A DNA stretch of 64,000 nt. Source: Epithemia pelagica. Taxonomy: Eukaryota > Protista > Bacillariophyta. Position numbers and translations under genes: made by a program. The stretch's first letter is position 1. Each line of letters starts with the position of its first letter. Under the pieces are notes generated by a model, which was not told where the DNA came from, ran no database searches, and saw only the letters and a program-made list of their open reading frames with translations. Positions 40,060 to 49,380 of this stretch are shown here, in pieces. The stretch spans positions 1,426,001 to 1,490,000 of the forward strand of contig OX337230.1 in the NCBI GenBank assembly GCA_946965045.2, written 5' to 3'.

Positions 40060-41929
40060 ATGCCCCTATTGTCCCTATTGCCGCCCCCACGACCGCCGCC
40101 GCCGCTGCCATAATACCGTCCACCACCGCCTCTGCCACCACGTCCCCGACCACCGAAGCCTCGACCCGAGTTGTTGGTACCGCGAAGGCGTTCGCGTTCC
40201 TGGTACACGTATGCTTGGCCAGCCGGGCCAAGCGTCTGCATCTCTTGAGAAGAAAAGCGGCGCTGACGCCATAGAAATGATAAACACCATTTTCTTGGGT
40301 GAGACCATGGAAACTACGAGGTCTCGAGGATGAGGTGGTTTCCGAGATGAATCGGTGGCGTCCTTGGTTACGTGAAGGAACAGTAACGTCGGGGAAAAGC
40401 TCGGATACTTCACGCGAGATATAGGAAATCGCGCCGTGAAGGTCAGAACGGTGGGTGATGCGAACGTGTCCTTTAATAACAGCGAACTCAGGTGAGGTGA
40501 TTCGAATGTTGTCGATGAGAATTTTTACTTGGTTGGATGGGGTGCGACGGTTTGGCGTGTTTTCCAGGGTGCGAAAAGCCTTGAGTAACTTTGCGGCATA
40601 AGCGTCGAAGCTGAATACGCGCTCATTGTTATAATATAACGCAGTAAGAACAGCCTCGGCCTTCGTGATCCGTTTTTCTTTTTGTCCTCCACCATCAAAA
40701 TAGTCAACCAGAGCAAGCCATGCACGACGTCCGTCTTGGGAAGCAACAAAAGGTTGTATCCAGGTCGCAGCCTGATCTTTAACTAGATCGCTAAGGAGCC
40801 TAAAGACTTGCTTGTTATCTTCTCGGAAGTGCGGGCCACCTAGCGGGTAGCTATACATCTCTTCTTCGCGACGGGATTCGAAAGCATGAGTAGGGTCTAG
40901 GTCCGGACGGATCACATAGTCTAACAGCGCTTGCTGTTTCCCGAGTACATGAGACAAGTACGTCGGAAATTCTTGGCTCCACTCCTCCCAATTGTCTTCC
41001 TTCAATGCAGAAGGTTTAATTTCAGGAGAGCTGTTCTTCTCGGCTTGTATTTCCATCGCGTCTAATGCCTTGGAGAGTACGGTATGATCGAAATCCCCCG
41101 CCACAATTATGCGTCGTTGACGGCGAGCACGTGCTGCCCAGAAGCAAAGCCCTTGAATGTTCAAGACGATAGCTGTAGGAATACTAATATTATTCGGGGG
41201 AGCACGCTTCTCTAGTCGGGATACCAATTGCGTGACGTCGTCGGAGCTAAGCCGACCGAGCGCAGCCAAAGTATTCAACCTTTCAGTGACCTCTAGGGCC
41301 TGTATTTCTTGGGGATTCGCACCGCAGACGAGCAGTGCCATGCCGACTGCTGTTACGGGTACAGGTGCTGGAGGCGGCGGTGCGCCTCCGCCTCCGTCGC
41401 CGTCTCCTCCATCGTCACCCCCCGGGGCGCCACCTCCGCCGGGAGCGCCGCCTCCTCCGGGAACGCCGCCATCTCCTCCTCCTCCTGGAGCGCCACCAGC
41501 GTCCGGATCGCCTCCTCCTCCACCACCGGGAGCACCCCCACCTCCGGGAGCACCCCCGCCTCCGGGATTCCCTCCCCTTCGTCCTCCTCCCGCGGCTCTT
41601 CCAGTTCCGCGGCGAGATCCGCTTCCTCCTCCTGCGGCTGTACCTCCGCCGCTTGTTCCCCCGGCGCTGGTTCCACTTGAAGTTCCAGCGCGCCCTCCGC
41701 CCCCTGTGCCAGGCCCTCCTGATTCTCCCGTTCCTCCTGTTCCGGATTCGCTTCCGCGGCCTTCGCGTGAAGTACTGTTTCCCCGTGCACTGGCATGATC
41801 TCCGCCTCCGCTTCCACTAACTCCCGTACTTCCACTACCTCCGTTACTTCCCATACCTCCGCCTTCCGCGCTACTATCTTTCGTAGTAGTACTCCTAGTA
41901 TTAACTCTCGTTGTCATCGTCATCTTCAA
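40060..41929 (-). pseudogene. gag: Copia gag with a long Gly-rich N-terminus; frameshift at ~40263
   Basis: CoDi-type gag segment FREDNKQVFRLLSDLV...DGRRAWLALVDYFDG. The RGG-rich C-terminus continues in another frame (ORF 39903-40241). Confidence 0.8.
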
Positions 41930-41950
41930 TCCTTTTTGGGTCTGATAAAC

Positions 41951-42100
41951 TGTCTTATACGCCTCGTATAAGTCAACTTCTAAAAGACTGAGATTACAAC
42001 TACGAAAGATATTATGTTTTCCCCTTTCCAGTAAACGGGTATGCGGTAATGACCATGACCCCAGTCGTGGCGGGACTCTCGTATCAAGCTAGGATAAACA
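41951..42100 (-). repeat. 5' LTR (150 bp)
   Basis: TGTCTTATAC...GGATAAACA on the plus strand; matches the split left LTR. Confidence 0.95.
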
Positions 42101-42252
42101 CTGAAGTCTGAAATCGAGGAGACTAATACGCCCCAGCGGGTGTGAGTCCAGGTCGCAGCTGGGTCAGCATCTTCGATGAATAGTTGCACGACACGTGTGC
42201 GACCGTCTCACTGTTGGGGCAAGTTCCTCCTGTCCACCCAAACGAGACGGCC

Positions 42253-42540
42253 ATGACGACGACGATGACGACGACGACAAGGACAACACTGACCGAGACG
42301 CAAGAGCGTCTGTCCCAATTGGAGGACGACTATCAACAATGGGTCCAACAAGAACGAGAACTGAACAGTGTTCTAGAATCGTTAAAAGACGAAGAATCCT
42401 GTTTGAAACGAGCCTTACAAGAAGCAGCAACAACCGTGTCGGTACCGGTTGTCGGTACGGACGATCCGGCAGTCCAACGATTGCAACAAGCGCTGCTGGA
42501 CGATTCTTCCAGCAGCAGTAGCAATGAGGATGAGACATGA
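42253..42540 (+). CDS. Small coiled-coil hypothetical protein
   Basis: Heptad pattern LTETQERLSQLEDDYQQWVQQERELNSVLESLKDEESCLKRAL; ATG at 42253. Confidence 0.55.
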   Translation: MTTTMTTTTRTTLTETQERLSQLEDDYQQWVQQERELNSVLESLKDEESCLKRALQEAATTVSVPVVGTDDPAVQRLQQALLDDSSSSSSNEDET

Positions 42541-42651
42541 GACAATTGGTGCTGTTTTATCATTTGAATTCATGGGGTGACAAACGTTGATCCCCAAACT
42601 TTATCATCACGGCGCCACACTCAACTCAGACAAATTCACGTTACTACCTAG

Positions 42652-42929
42652 ACGGTTGAAGAGTTGGAAATGAGAGTCGAAGCTCTTGAAGTGGGAAAGA
42701 CCTTTGACGCCACTCAAACGGCCGTCCAAAACGTGCAAATGGAAATGTTGACCAAACTTCGTGAGATTCGTGCTCGGTCGCAGAGGGAGGAGGAACCGCA
42801 TCCTCCAGAGAAATGGAGGCTCTCCAAGATGAAAATACTGCTCTGAAACGAAAAGCGGCTAAGCAGGAGTACCGCATTCAACACTTGGTCACGGCTGTAG
42901 AAGATTATTTATTGAAGGAACGTACGTAA
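42652..42929 (+). pseudogene. Small coiled-coil protein gene with an apparent 1-nt frameshift (or sequencing error); first exon unresolved
   Basis: TVEELEMRVEALE...KLREIRA in one frame continues as GGTASSREMEALQDENTALKRKAAKQEYRIQHLV in another after ~42775; CTAG acceptor at 42648-42651. Confidence 0.55.
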
Positions 42930-43574
42930 CGCGCACTGCCTATAATCTGAAGAACCATAAATCATACAACCGCCATTTCCGCCATTTCTTTTTCTATGGA
43001 TTCCAAATCGCCGGAGTGATGCAGTTATCTAGTGAGAAATGTATTAGTGAACAGTCTAACATCAAACGAGTATTCGTTACCAACAAAGTAACTCTCCGAA
43101 GGGCAAAAGTGGTTTTGTTCTGCACTTCCAAGCGCGTGTGCTTACGAGCAGTCTTCACTTTCGGTGGTATATATACCTATTCTTTTCGGCAACTTGCTCA
43201 TATTTAAAATTGTCTAATCCATACGTAAGTCTAAGATTGTACGAATCCGGCGTCCCGGTGCTTTTCTTGCAAAGGCGCCATCTGCCTCGTCAAGAACGGG
43301 GGATGTTTGCAGACTTTTGACATGGTTTGCAGGAGGGATGATCACCATTGGTAAGACTTTAAAGCCATGGTGGAGAGGAGGCATTCTTTCTTCGTGTAGC
43401 CAGCAATTCGAAACTTGATTACGTTTTGGCGATGAGCAAACAAATTTGCTATGAAGTCGGACTCAGGCGTACTTGCTCGTCCCCGATTGGACGCATCAGC
43501 ACATGGTGGATCCCACCATTCGTAACCATGCAGGACTTTTCATTTCTTGTCTGAGTCTCCGAAAATCATCATCG

Positions 43575-45344
43575 TCACGTATGTTCGTTTTGTTGATGCC
43601 CTCGTGGCAAAGGTCGAATCGCTAGGAACTCGCCATGAAACTGGTAGGGTATATGGGAGGTCAGCTCCAGCACACACAGTTGCTTCATGGTCTTGGCATC
43701 CAGTATAACCACGTCCGACCGATGCTCGAGAGTCTTGTAGACGGAAACGATGACATAACCATCATCTTCACTAGTCGGTGATGCTTTGGGGACAAAGCTT
43801 GGTGCTCCTCCGTAATTTCCTGGTCCAAACGAAACAACCTCGGATGCTTTTCCCTCTTGCATATCAATCTTTTGGACGCCATTCAAGTAATAGGCAGATG
43901 GCTTCGAAAGTGCATTCACCCAACAGTAGCGTCGTCGATTTCCTGGTTTCCAACTGGCATGAATAGTGGGAAACTCGCAAGGCGCACAGTCACTCGCCAC
44001 GTCGGCATTGGAAAGGAACTCGGCCTCGCCGTCATTCTTTAGCAAGAATACATATTCTCGTAGTTTGGTATACACGCGTGTCCCATCCGGAACACGATAT
44101 TGATCTTTGAATTGCTTTTCCAGTAAGATTCGATCGGGTGGAAGGTATTCCGAGACTCGCACACGGAGTAGGATGGATCCATCTTGTTGTTCTTCCTCAT
44201 GGGCGTCCACTAAATGATACAAATTAATGGCTCGTGGGAGTCGTATTTGCCATTGCAATTTTAGATTGGAACGAGAGTGTACATGGACAAAGGTATCTCC
44301 CTTTGGATCCCATTCACTCAAATTTCCAATGGCCTCCAAGCCCAATACGAATTTGTACATGGACATGCCTGGCGTTTGTCGATAGGGTGGCAAAAAGTAA
44401 ACGAGGAAATTTTCCGACATTGTGGAATCATGGACAAAGGTATCGAAGGGCAAATCACAAGCTTCTTGTCCCAACAAGACTCCATCGTGAGTATACTTCA
44501 TGACATTGAGTTGAGTCGGACCGGGGCCAGTATTCAACATGTACCCATGATTGAATACCTCTCCCGTCATAGGACATTTGGAAAAGTGCGCAGAAAAGAA
44601 GGATTGCGCTTCACTTTTTCCATCTCGACTAGTCCACGGAAGATCCTCTCCGATCGTATCGGCCGTGTGAGGATTCAATTCAATCGGATTGCCTCCTTCG
44701 CACAAGGCATACAGTCGCGGCTGATCATGATGATCTGATGACAACCACAATGTGGCTGTATTGGCAGGATTCGTGGGAATTCGCAGTATATTTTCAAACC
44801 ATTCGCCTCGTCCTCTCAAGGTCCACGCACCGGCAAAGGCCAGAGGTGGGCGAACTTTCTCGTCGTCCTGGAGAGTACTCATAAGTTCTTCCTGGTCTCG
44901 AAAGCGATTCGTACGAACGTACTTGGCACAATATCGAGCTTGACCCTCTTGAAAACTCAATAATGTCACATAACCATCCCCATCAAACCAATGGCCGTAT
45001 TGAGAATCACCAATGCGGATTCTCCCCGGTCCATTTCCAGCAAGACACCCCACAAGGTCCGACGGGATGGAACCTTGTACAATTCGTGGACTATACGGAT
45101 CGACATCCGAGGCCGGTTCAAACCCACCACGATAGGGAGAAGCTTGAATCAGAGCCAATCGTTCTGGTGATGGCGGATCCGGTAACGCAAATGGCAACGG
45201 GCCATTCCAAAATCCATTCGATGGCGCAGTAGTCGAAAAGCCCAAGGTACTCTTAGAGGTGCAACTCAACACCAAGAGTAGCAATACAAAATCATGTCGG
45301 AACGACCAGAAGCGATGTGGTCGACAGCGAGCTCTTTGTATCAT
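43575..45344 (-). CDS. Carotenoid cleavage dioxygenase (RPE65/CCD family), plastid-targeted
   Basis: HWFDGDG, TNPANT, CEGG, and the four iron-ligand His in HWFD, SAHFS, FVHDS and YQFHG; EFP, PSFVP, EDDGY. Signal ends TLG|FST. ATG at 45344. Confidence 0.92.
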   Translation of the reverse strand: MIQRARCRPHRFWSFRHDFVLLLLVLSCTSKSTLGFSTTAPSNGFWNGPLPFALPDPPSPERLALIQASPYRGGFEPASDVDPYSPRIVQGSIPSDLVGCLAGNGPGRIRIGDSQYGHWFDGDGYVTLLSFQEGQARYCAKYVRTNRFRDQEELMSTLQDDEKVRPPLAFAGAWTLRGRGEWFENILRIPTNPANTATLWLSSDHHDQPRLYALCEGGNPIELNPHTADTIGEDLPWTSRDGKSEAQSFFSAHFSKCPMTGEVFNHGYMLNTGPGPTQLNVMKYTHDGVLLGQEACDLPFDTFVHDSTMSENFLVYFLPPYRQTPGMSMYKFVLGLEAIGNLSEWDPKGDTFVHVHSRSNLKLQWQIRLPRAINLYHLVDAHEEEQQDGSILLRVRVSEYLPPDRILLEKQFKDQYRVPDGTRVYTKLREYVFLLKNDGEAEFLSNADVASDCAPCEFPTIHASWKPGNRRRYCWVNALSKPSAYYLNGVQKIDMQEGKASEVVSFGPGNYGGAPSFVPKASPTSEDDGYVIVSVYKTLEHRSDVVILDAKTMKQLCVLELTSHIPYQFHGEFLAIRPLPRGHQQNEHT

Positions 45345-45814
45345 GTTGGAGTGATATTCCTTCCACAATGGCGCTTGGACACACACGGACGGGACGACAC
45401 TACCATCACCAGCAACTTTTCCGCGCGAGGGGCCCTATGAGCGACCCAAAGTCAGAAAAAGATAGAGAAGTAAGGTTACATGGCCACGATGCTGCTGGGA
45501 ACAAGCAGCTTTACATTCTGCACAACGCGAAATTCTTGAGCTTTATCTTCTTCGGTCCCACGATCATCACGTTCGATTCGGTACCAAACTCAGGATTCTA
45601 TCTACAAAATGGGTTGCTCAGGTCGGAATCGTTTTCATTGGAGCGACGACTAATGTTTAACTTAGATGAAGAAAGCAAAGGTCGTTCGGCACGATCTATT
45701 CAACAACCGGGCAGACGTCCCTTTGAATTTCGAACATACAACCTCCAATATCGAGTTGGACGACAAAGTATTGCGTAAACTCAAACGAGTGGTAATCCTT
45801 CCACACCGCTTGTC

Positions 45815-46621
45815 TCACCAGGAGAGTTGAATATGCAAAACTGGAAGCACACAATGGTAAAGAAAACAGGCAAACGCCAAAAATACAAGCCACTGAGGCA
45901 TTCTCCAGTGCCTCTGCAATTGACGAGGGGAGTTGATACTCTTGTTGCCCTCATGGTTTGACAAGTCCAGCGTTGTTGGATTGGCTTTGCAAGGAGCGTA
46001 AAGGGGCAAACCTTGACTGTCATCCAGGCATGCACATGATGGGCAAGACTTGGGTGAATCTCCAGCTTTTTCAGGGCATGATGGCTGGGATATTTTCGGA
46101 GCTTCGTTACTGTAATCCTGGAGAAGCTCAGTTGTCTCATCGTCTTGTTTGGTCTCGGAATCTTCTTCTGATGGATTGGATTCTGTCATGGTTGTCTTGT
46201 CGGTCAACATGGACTCGTTCAACGGTGCGGTCTGAGTACCACACTCTTTGTTGTGTTGGTGGTTGCACTCTCCGCCCTCCTGGTGATCCAATTGCTCCTC
46301 CTCCGCAATCAGGCGGGCTTCCACGGCGGCAAGTTCCAAATTCAACAACCTCATGAATTCACATTCGTCGTCGTCGTCGTCGTGCTTTCCTCTAGAATCC
46401 TGGACCACGCGACGGTTCCAGAAGGACACGGTTCGATTCTTGTCGTCGTTGTCCGTGTGTGGGGCAGCCGCCTCCACACACTGGCCCTCTTCCAACTGCT
46501 CCGCATACTCAGCTTCCTTGGCCAACCGAATCATCTCTGCTTCAATCTGTGCCATGAATTCACGTTCTTCCTCCTCCCAGTCCTTCCCACGGTTGTACCA
46601 ACTAGAACGATTCGAGCTCAT
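45815..46621 (-). CDS. Hypothetical acidic protein with a C-terminal hydrophobic anchor
   Basis: 268-codon ORF with two similar EFM...E-rich helices and a C-terminal WLVFLAFACFLYHCVLPVL segment. Confidence 0.6.
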   Translation of the reverse strand: MSSNRSSWYNRGKDWEEEEREFMAQIEAEMIRLAKEAEYAEQLEEGQCVEAAAPHTDNDDKNRTVSFWNRRVVQDSRGKHDDDDDECEFMRLLNLELAAVEARLIAEEEQLDHQEGGECNHQHNKECGTQTAPLNESMLTDKTTMTESNPSEEDSETKQDDETTELLQDYSNEAPKISQPSCPEKAGDSPKSCPSCACLDDSQGLPLYAPCKANPTTLDLSNHEGNKSINSPRQLQRHWRMPQWLVFLAFACFLYHCVLPVLHIQLSW

Positions 46622-47513
46622 GGTGGATCACACTTGTTGGTCTCTTGCCGATGGAGAATGGAGGAGACTTCTTGCTTCTTGCTGTTCGATCTTTGACATC
46701 TCATGGCGGACAACGTCTTCGAATTCTCCGATTGTTTTCCGATCCATCCGAATGCGTAAGTGTAATGACAGAAAGCATCACGTGTCAGGATCACACCCGA
46801 TGGGGATTGAAGCGCTCCGTAGCAACTCCTACCTCCCATAGCTCTCGTAGCTAGAGATGGGGGTCGGTTCATCCTACAATTCGCAAGAAGGTGTGATGAT
46901 TGCATCTACTCCTAACTTTGCCTTTGGACGTTCGTTCCGTTCCTCTATTATAGATATGAGGAATGCATTTGGGGTGCGGATCAAGTGTTGGGTTGTCATC
47001 GCATCCAATATTCTGTACAAGGGAATGCGTGAGCAAAATTGAACTCTCGTTTCCTCTCTCGAGGGTTCTCTTTATCCCAGCGAAGCAGCATACTCCTCCT
47101 ACCTAGACACGGACCGGACATGTGGGCAGGTTCCGTTGCATTCAACAGATAGTAAATAGCCAAGAGTAATGTGAGAGCCAATGTACAATCGAAATAAATG
47201 TTACACTACTGAAAAAGTGGTCGCCTGGAAGACAAATAATGCAGTGTCTCTCCTTCTACCAGGATTGGCGATGAGGACCATGTAGAATACAAGATATCAG
47301 GAACGAAGCAAAATGGGAGCGACATGCTCCAATTACACGCGAGAAGGAACCCTCCACGTCGAATGTCGTCGATACGGTGTTGTTTCGTTCTGGAAACCAG
47401 GCGCTTCCAACACAAGGCAGAGCCATCGTGGTTTCTCCGCTGGACCACACAGTCGTTGGTGCTTTGGTCTGGGTGTTGGGTGGTCTTTTTCGTTTCGTCA
47501 CAACCGTCGTACA

Positions 47514-48437
47514 CTAAACGATTTGAGGCGACGCGTAATCGAGGCCGGTTTCGGTGCAACACGAGGATGGATACGTGTCATAGTCGGCGGTATGTCGGGC
47601 CATTTGACAAATGGTACAGCCACAGCAAAACAAACTGCAACACAAATCTTCACATCCGACACAATTCGTTTCGGGAATGGCATAGCGAGACCGAATGGCC
47701 GCACGGGTTCGAATGGTGATACAGAGAATCAAGAGCAGATAGGCCACGGTCAAGGCGCCCCGCAAGGCATCCATGGCATTGGCCCAGCCCGGAACCTCAT
47801 CGGGATAAATCACCCGACCACTTTCGGCGTCGTATCGGCCTTGAATGTAATCGTAGGTCAGATAGTAAAAGAAGGTATCCAAAAATTGGTACCCAATAAA
47901 GACGAGCAACAAGACTCGAAAGGCGGTCCAGAGTTCCGGTTGTTGCCTGGGTTTCACATCCTTTGTTTGGGGCAGGGGCGATGCCAGCCAATCCAATCGT
48001 AATCTCGTCAAGATTTGACCCAAGGCCAAGGGTGTCATCCAAATGGTCAAACAGAGTTGCGGATGACAACAGCCATGTCGACAACAATTCCAGGTGCCAT
48101 CGCGCCATTCTCCCACTGGAATGCTGTGGCCCACCGACAGCAATTCCTCCTCCACAACAACGACTGCCGCTTGAAAGGTTTGATTTTGTGTGACACCTCC
48201 TTCCGGGACTTGAACCAGGTAGGGTCGACCATGGACATGGACACGGAATTGGTAGCCCGCCGGCATATCGGCCGGTGCCACAATCTCCACCATGGAAGGA
48301 GGAGCCGGAACCACCACCACGCCATCGACAACGGGTGTATCCGGCAAGGGTTTGAAACTGGATGCGACCTGTAAGATGCCACCATGTTCGGACGAGGAAG
48401 CTTCGACGACAACGACTTCGCTCTCTTCTTTTCCCAT
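47514..48437 (-). CDS. PLAC8-family Cys-rich membrane protein
   Basis: GEWRDGTWNCCRHG...PLALGQILTRL and RTRAAIRSRYAIP...CEDLCCSLFCCGCTICQMARH. Probable ATG at 48437. Confidence 0.88.
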   Translation of the reverse strand: MGKEESEVVVVEASSSEHGGILQVASSFKPLPDTPVVDGVVVVPAPPSMVEIVAPADMPAGYQFRVHVHGRPYLVQVPEGGVTQNQTFQAAVVVVEEELLSVGHSIPVGEWRDGTWNCCRHGCCHPQLCLTIWMTPLALGQILTRLRLDWLASPLPQTKDVKPRQQPELWTAFRVLLLVFIGYQFLDTFFYYLTYDYIQGRYDAESGRVIYPDEVPGWANAMDALRGALTVAYLLLILCITIRTRAAIRSRYAIPETNCVGCEDLCCSLFCCGCTICQMARHTADYDTYPSSCCTETGLDYASPQIV

Positions 48438-49380
48438 GATAACAGTTGGTTCTTTCAGAGTATTTTCTCTTTGGCGCTCTCCGAGAACTGTTCGTCGGTT
48501 GAAATAATGGACTAAACCCAAATAGATTTTGGCTCCTCGTACGAGTTTGATGCACTTTGCGTCCTCCTCCTTGTGGTTGGACGCTAGTAGTCTTTTGGTG
48601 AGTCTTTCAATCCATACCTTGTTTGTTTCGTGCCTTCTTCTACACGACAATATATGAAGATTGGAGGGTTCGTCTGTTCCCTACTTTCGGATAATCGACG
48701 AGACGGTTGGCGAATTTTGTGGCGTGCCTTCATAATTCTTTGGAAGGAAACATGCGCCGTTGCTGTCCGTCGTTCGGATAAGAAGGGCTATTCTTGAAGC
48801 GCGAGCATGTCAGTATGTATGTGTAGGCTTATCCATTAAATACTTAACAATCTTGTTTTCCACACAGCGCAGCACGTGCTCACTCGTTTTTTGTACACGT
48901 CAGCAACTCCGATCGGTGCGCGACTTTGACCCTCACAAACCACAAAAAGTTCGCTTGAGGCACCCGGAAGTGGTGATGGTTGCTAAACACGTACTTGCAG
49001 TTTCTCCGATCAGTCACTTTTTCTCGATCTTTTTCATTGCTTCTTTCCTTGTTCTGTGAGGTGTGATCAAGATCAGGGGTATAGTCGAAGATTCACCAAT
49101 CCTCTTGAAGGGCGACCTTGGTTCGAACCTGTATCTTCGTAGACGGGGAATTGAAGAATCGCTATACTACAGCTCTTCCTCCAAGACGTTCCAGTTGTTC
49201 CAGGCAACCGGCGTGGACGAGTGTGGAGGGAAGAGGAATGCATACAACCACCATTTACACCCGCCCAATTGCATGACAAGCATGACTCTGAATCTATCCT
49301 TTGTGTTTCAACTCGCACCCACGTCCTCGTTCCTGGAATCCCATCAGTCTCATGACGAGCCGAGTTGCAACCCGTACACC

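Larger units (their letters stand above)
36458..42100 (-). mobile_element. Ty1/copia (CoDi-like) LTR retrotransposon, internally deleted and non-autonomous
   Basis: 150-bp TG...CA LTRs at both ends; 4-bp target duplication CTGA (36454-36457 and 42101-42104); gag, partial integrase, RT and RNase H in copia order on the minus strand. Confidence 0.95.

Noticed and set aside
49063-49380. ORF-track N-terminal extension of PHYLLO (similar extensions at HCAR, CCD, PLAC8 and the ARM gene)
   Set aside because: Starts at non-ATG codons or lies upstream of the signal peptide; treated as 5' UTR.
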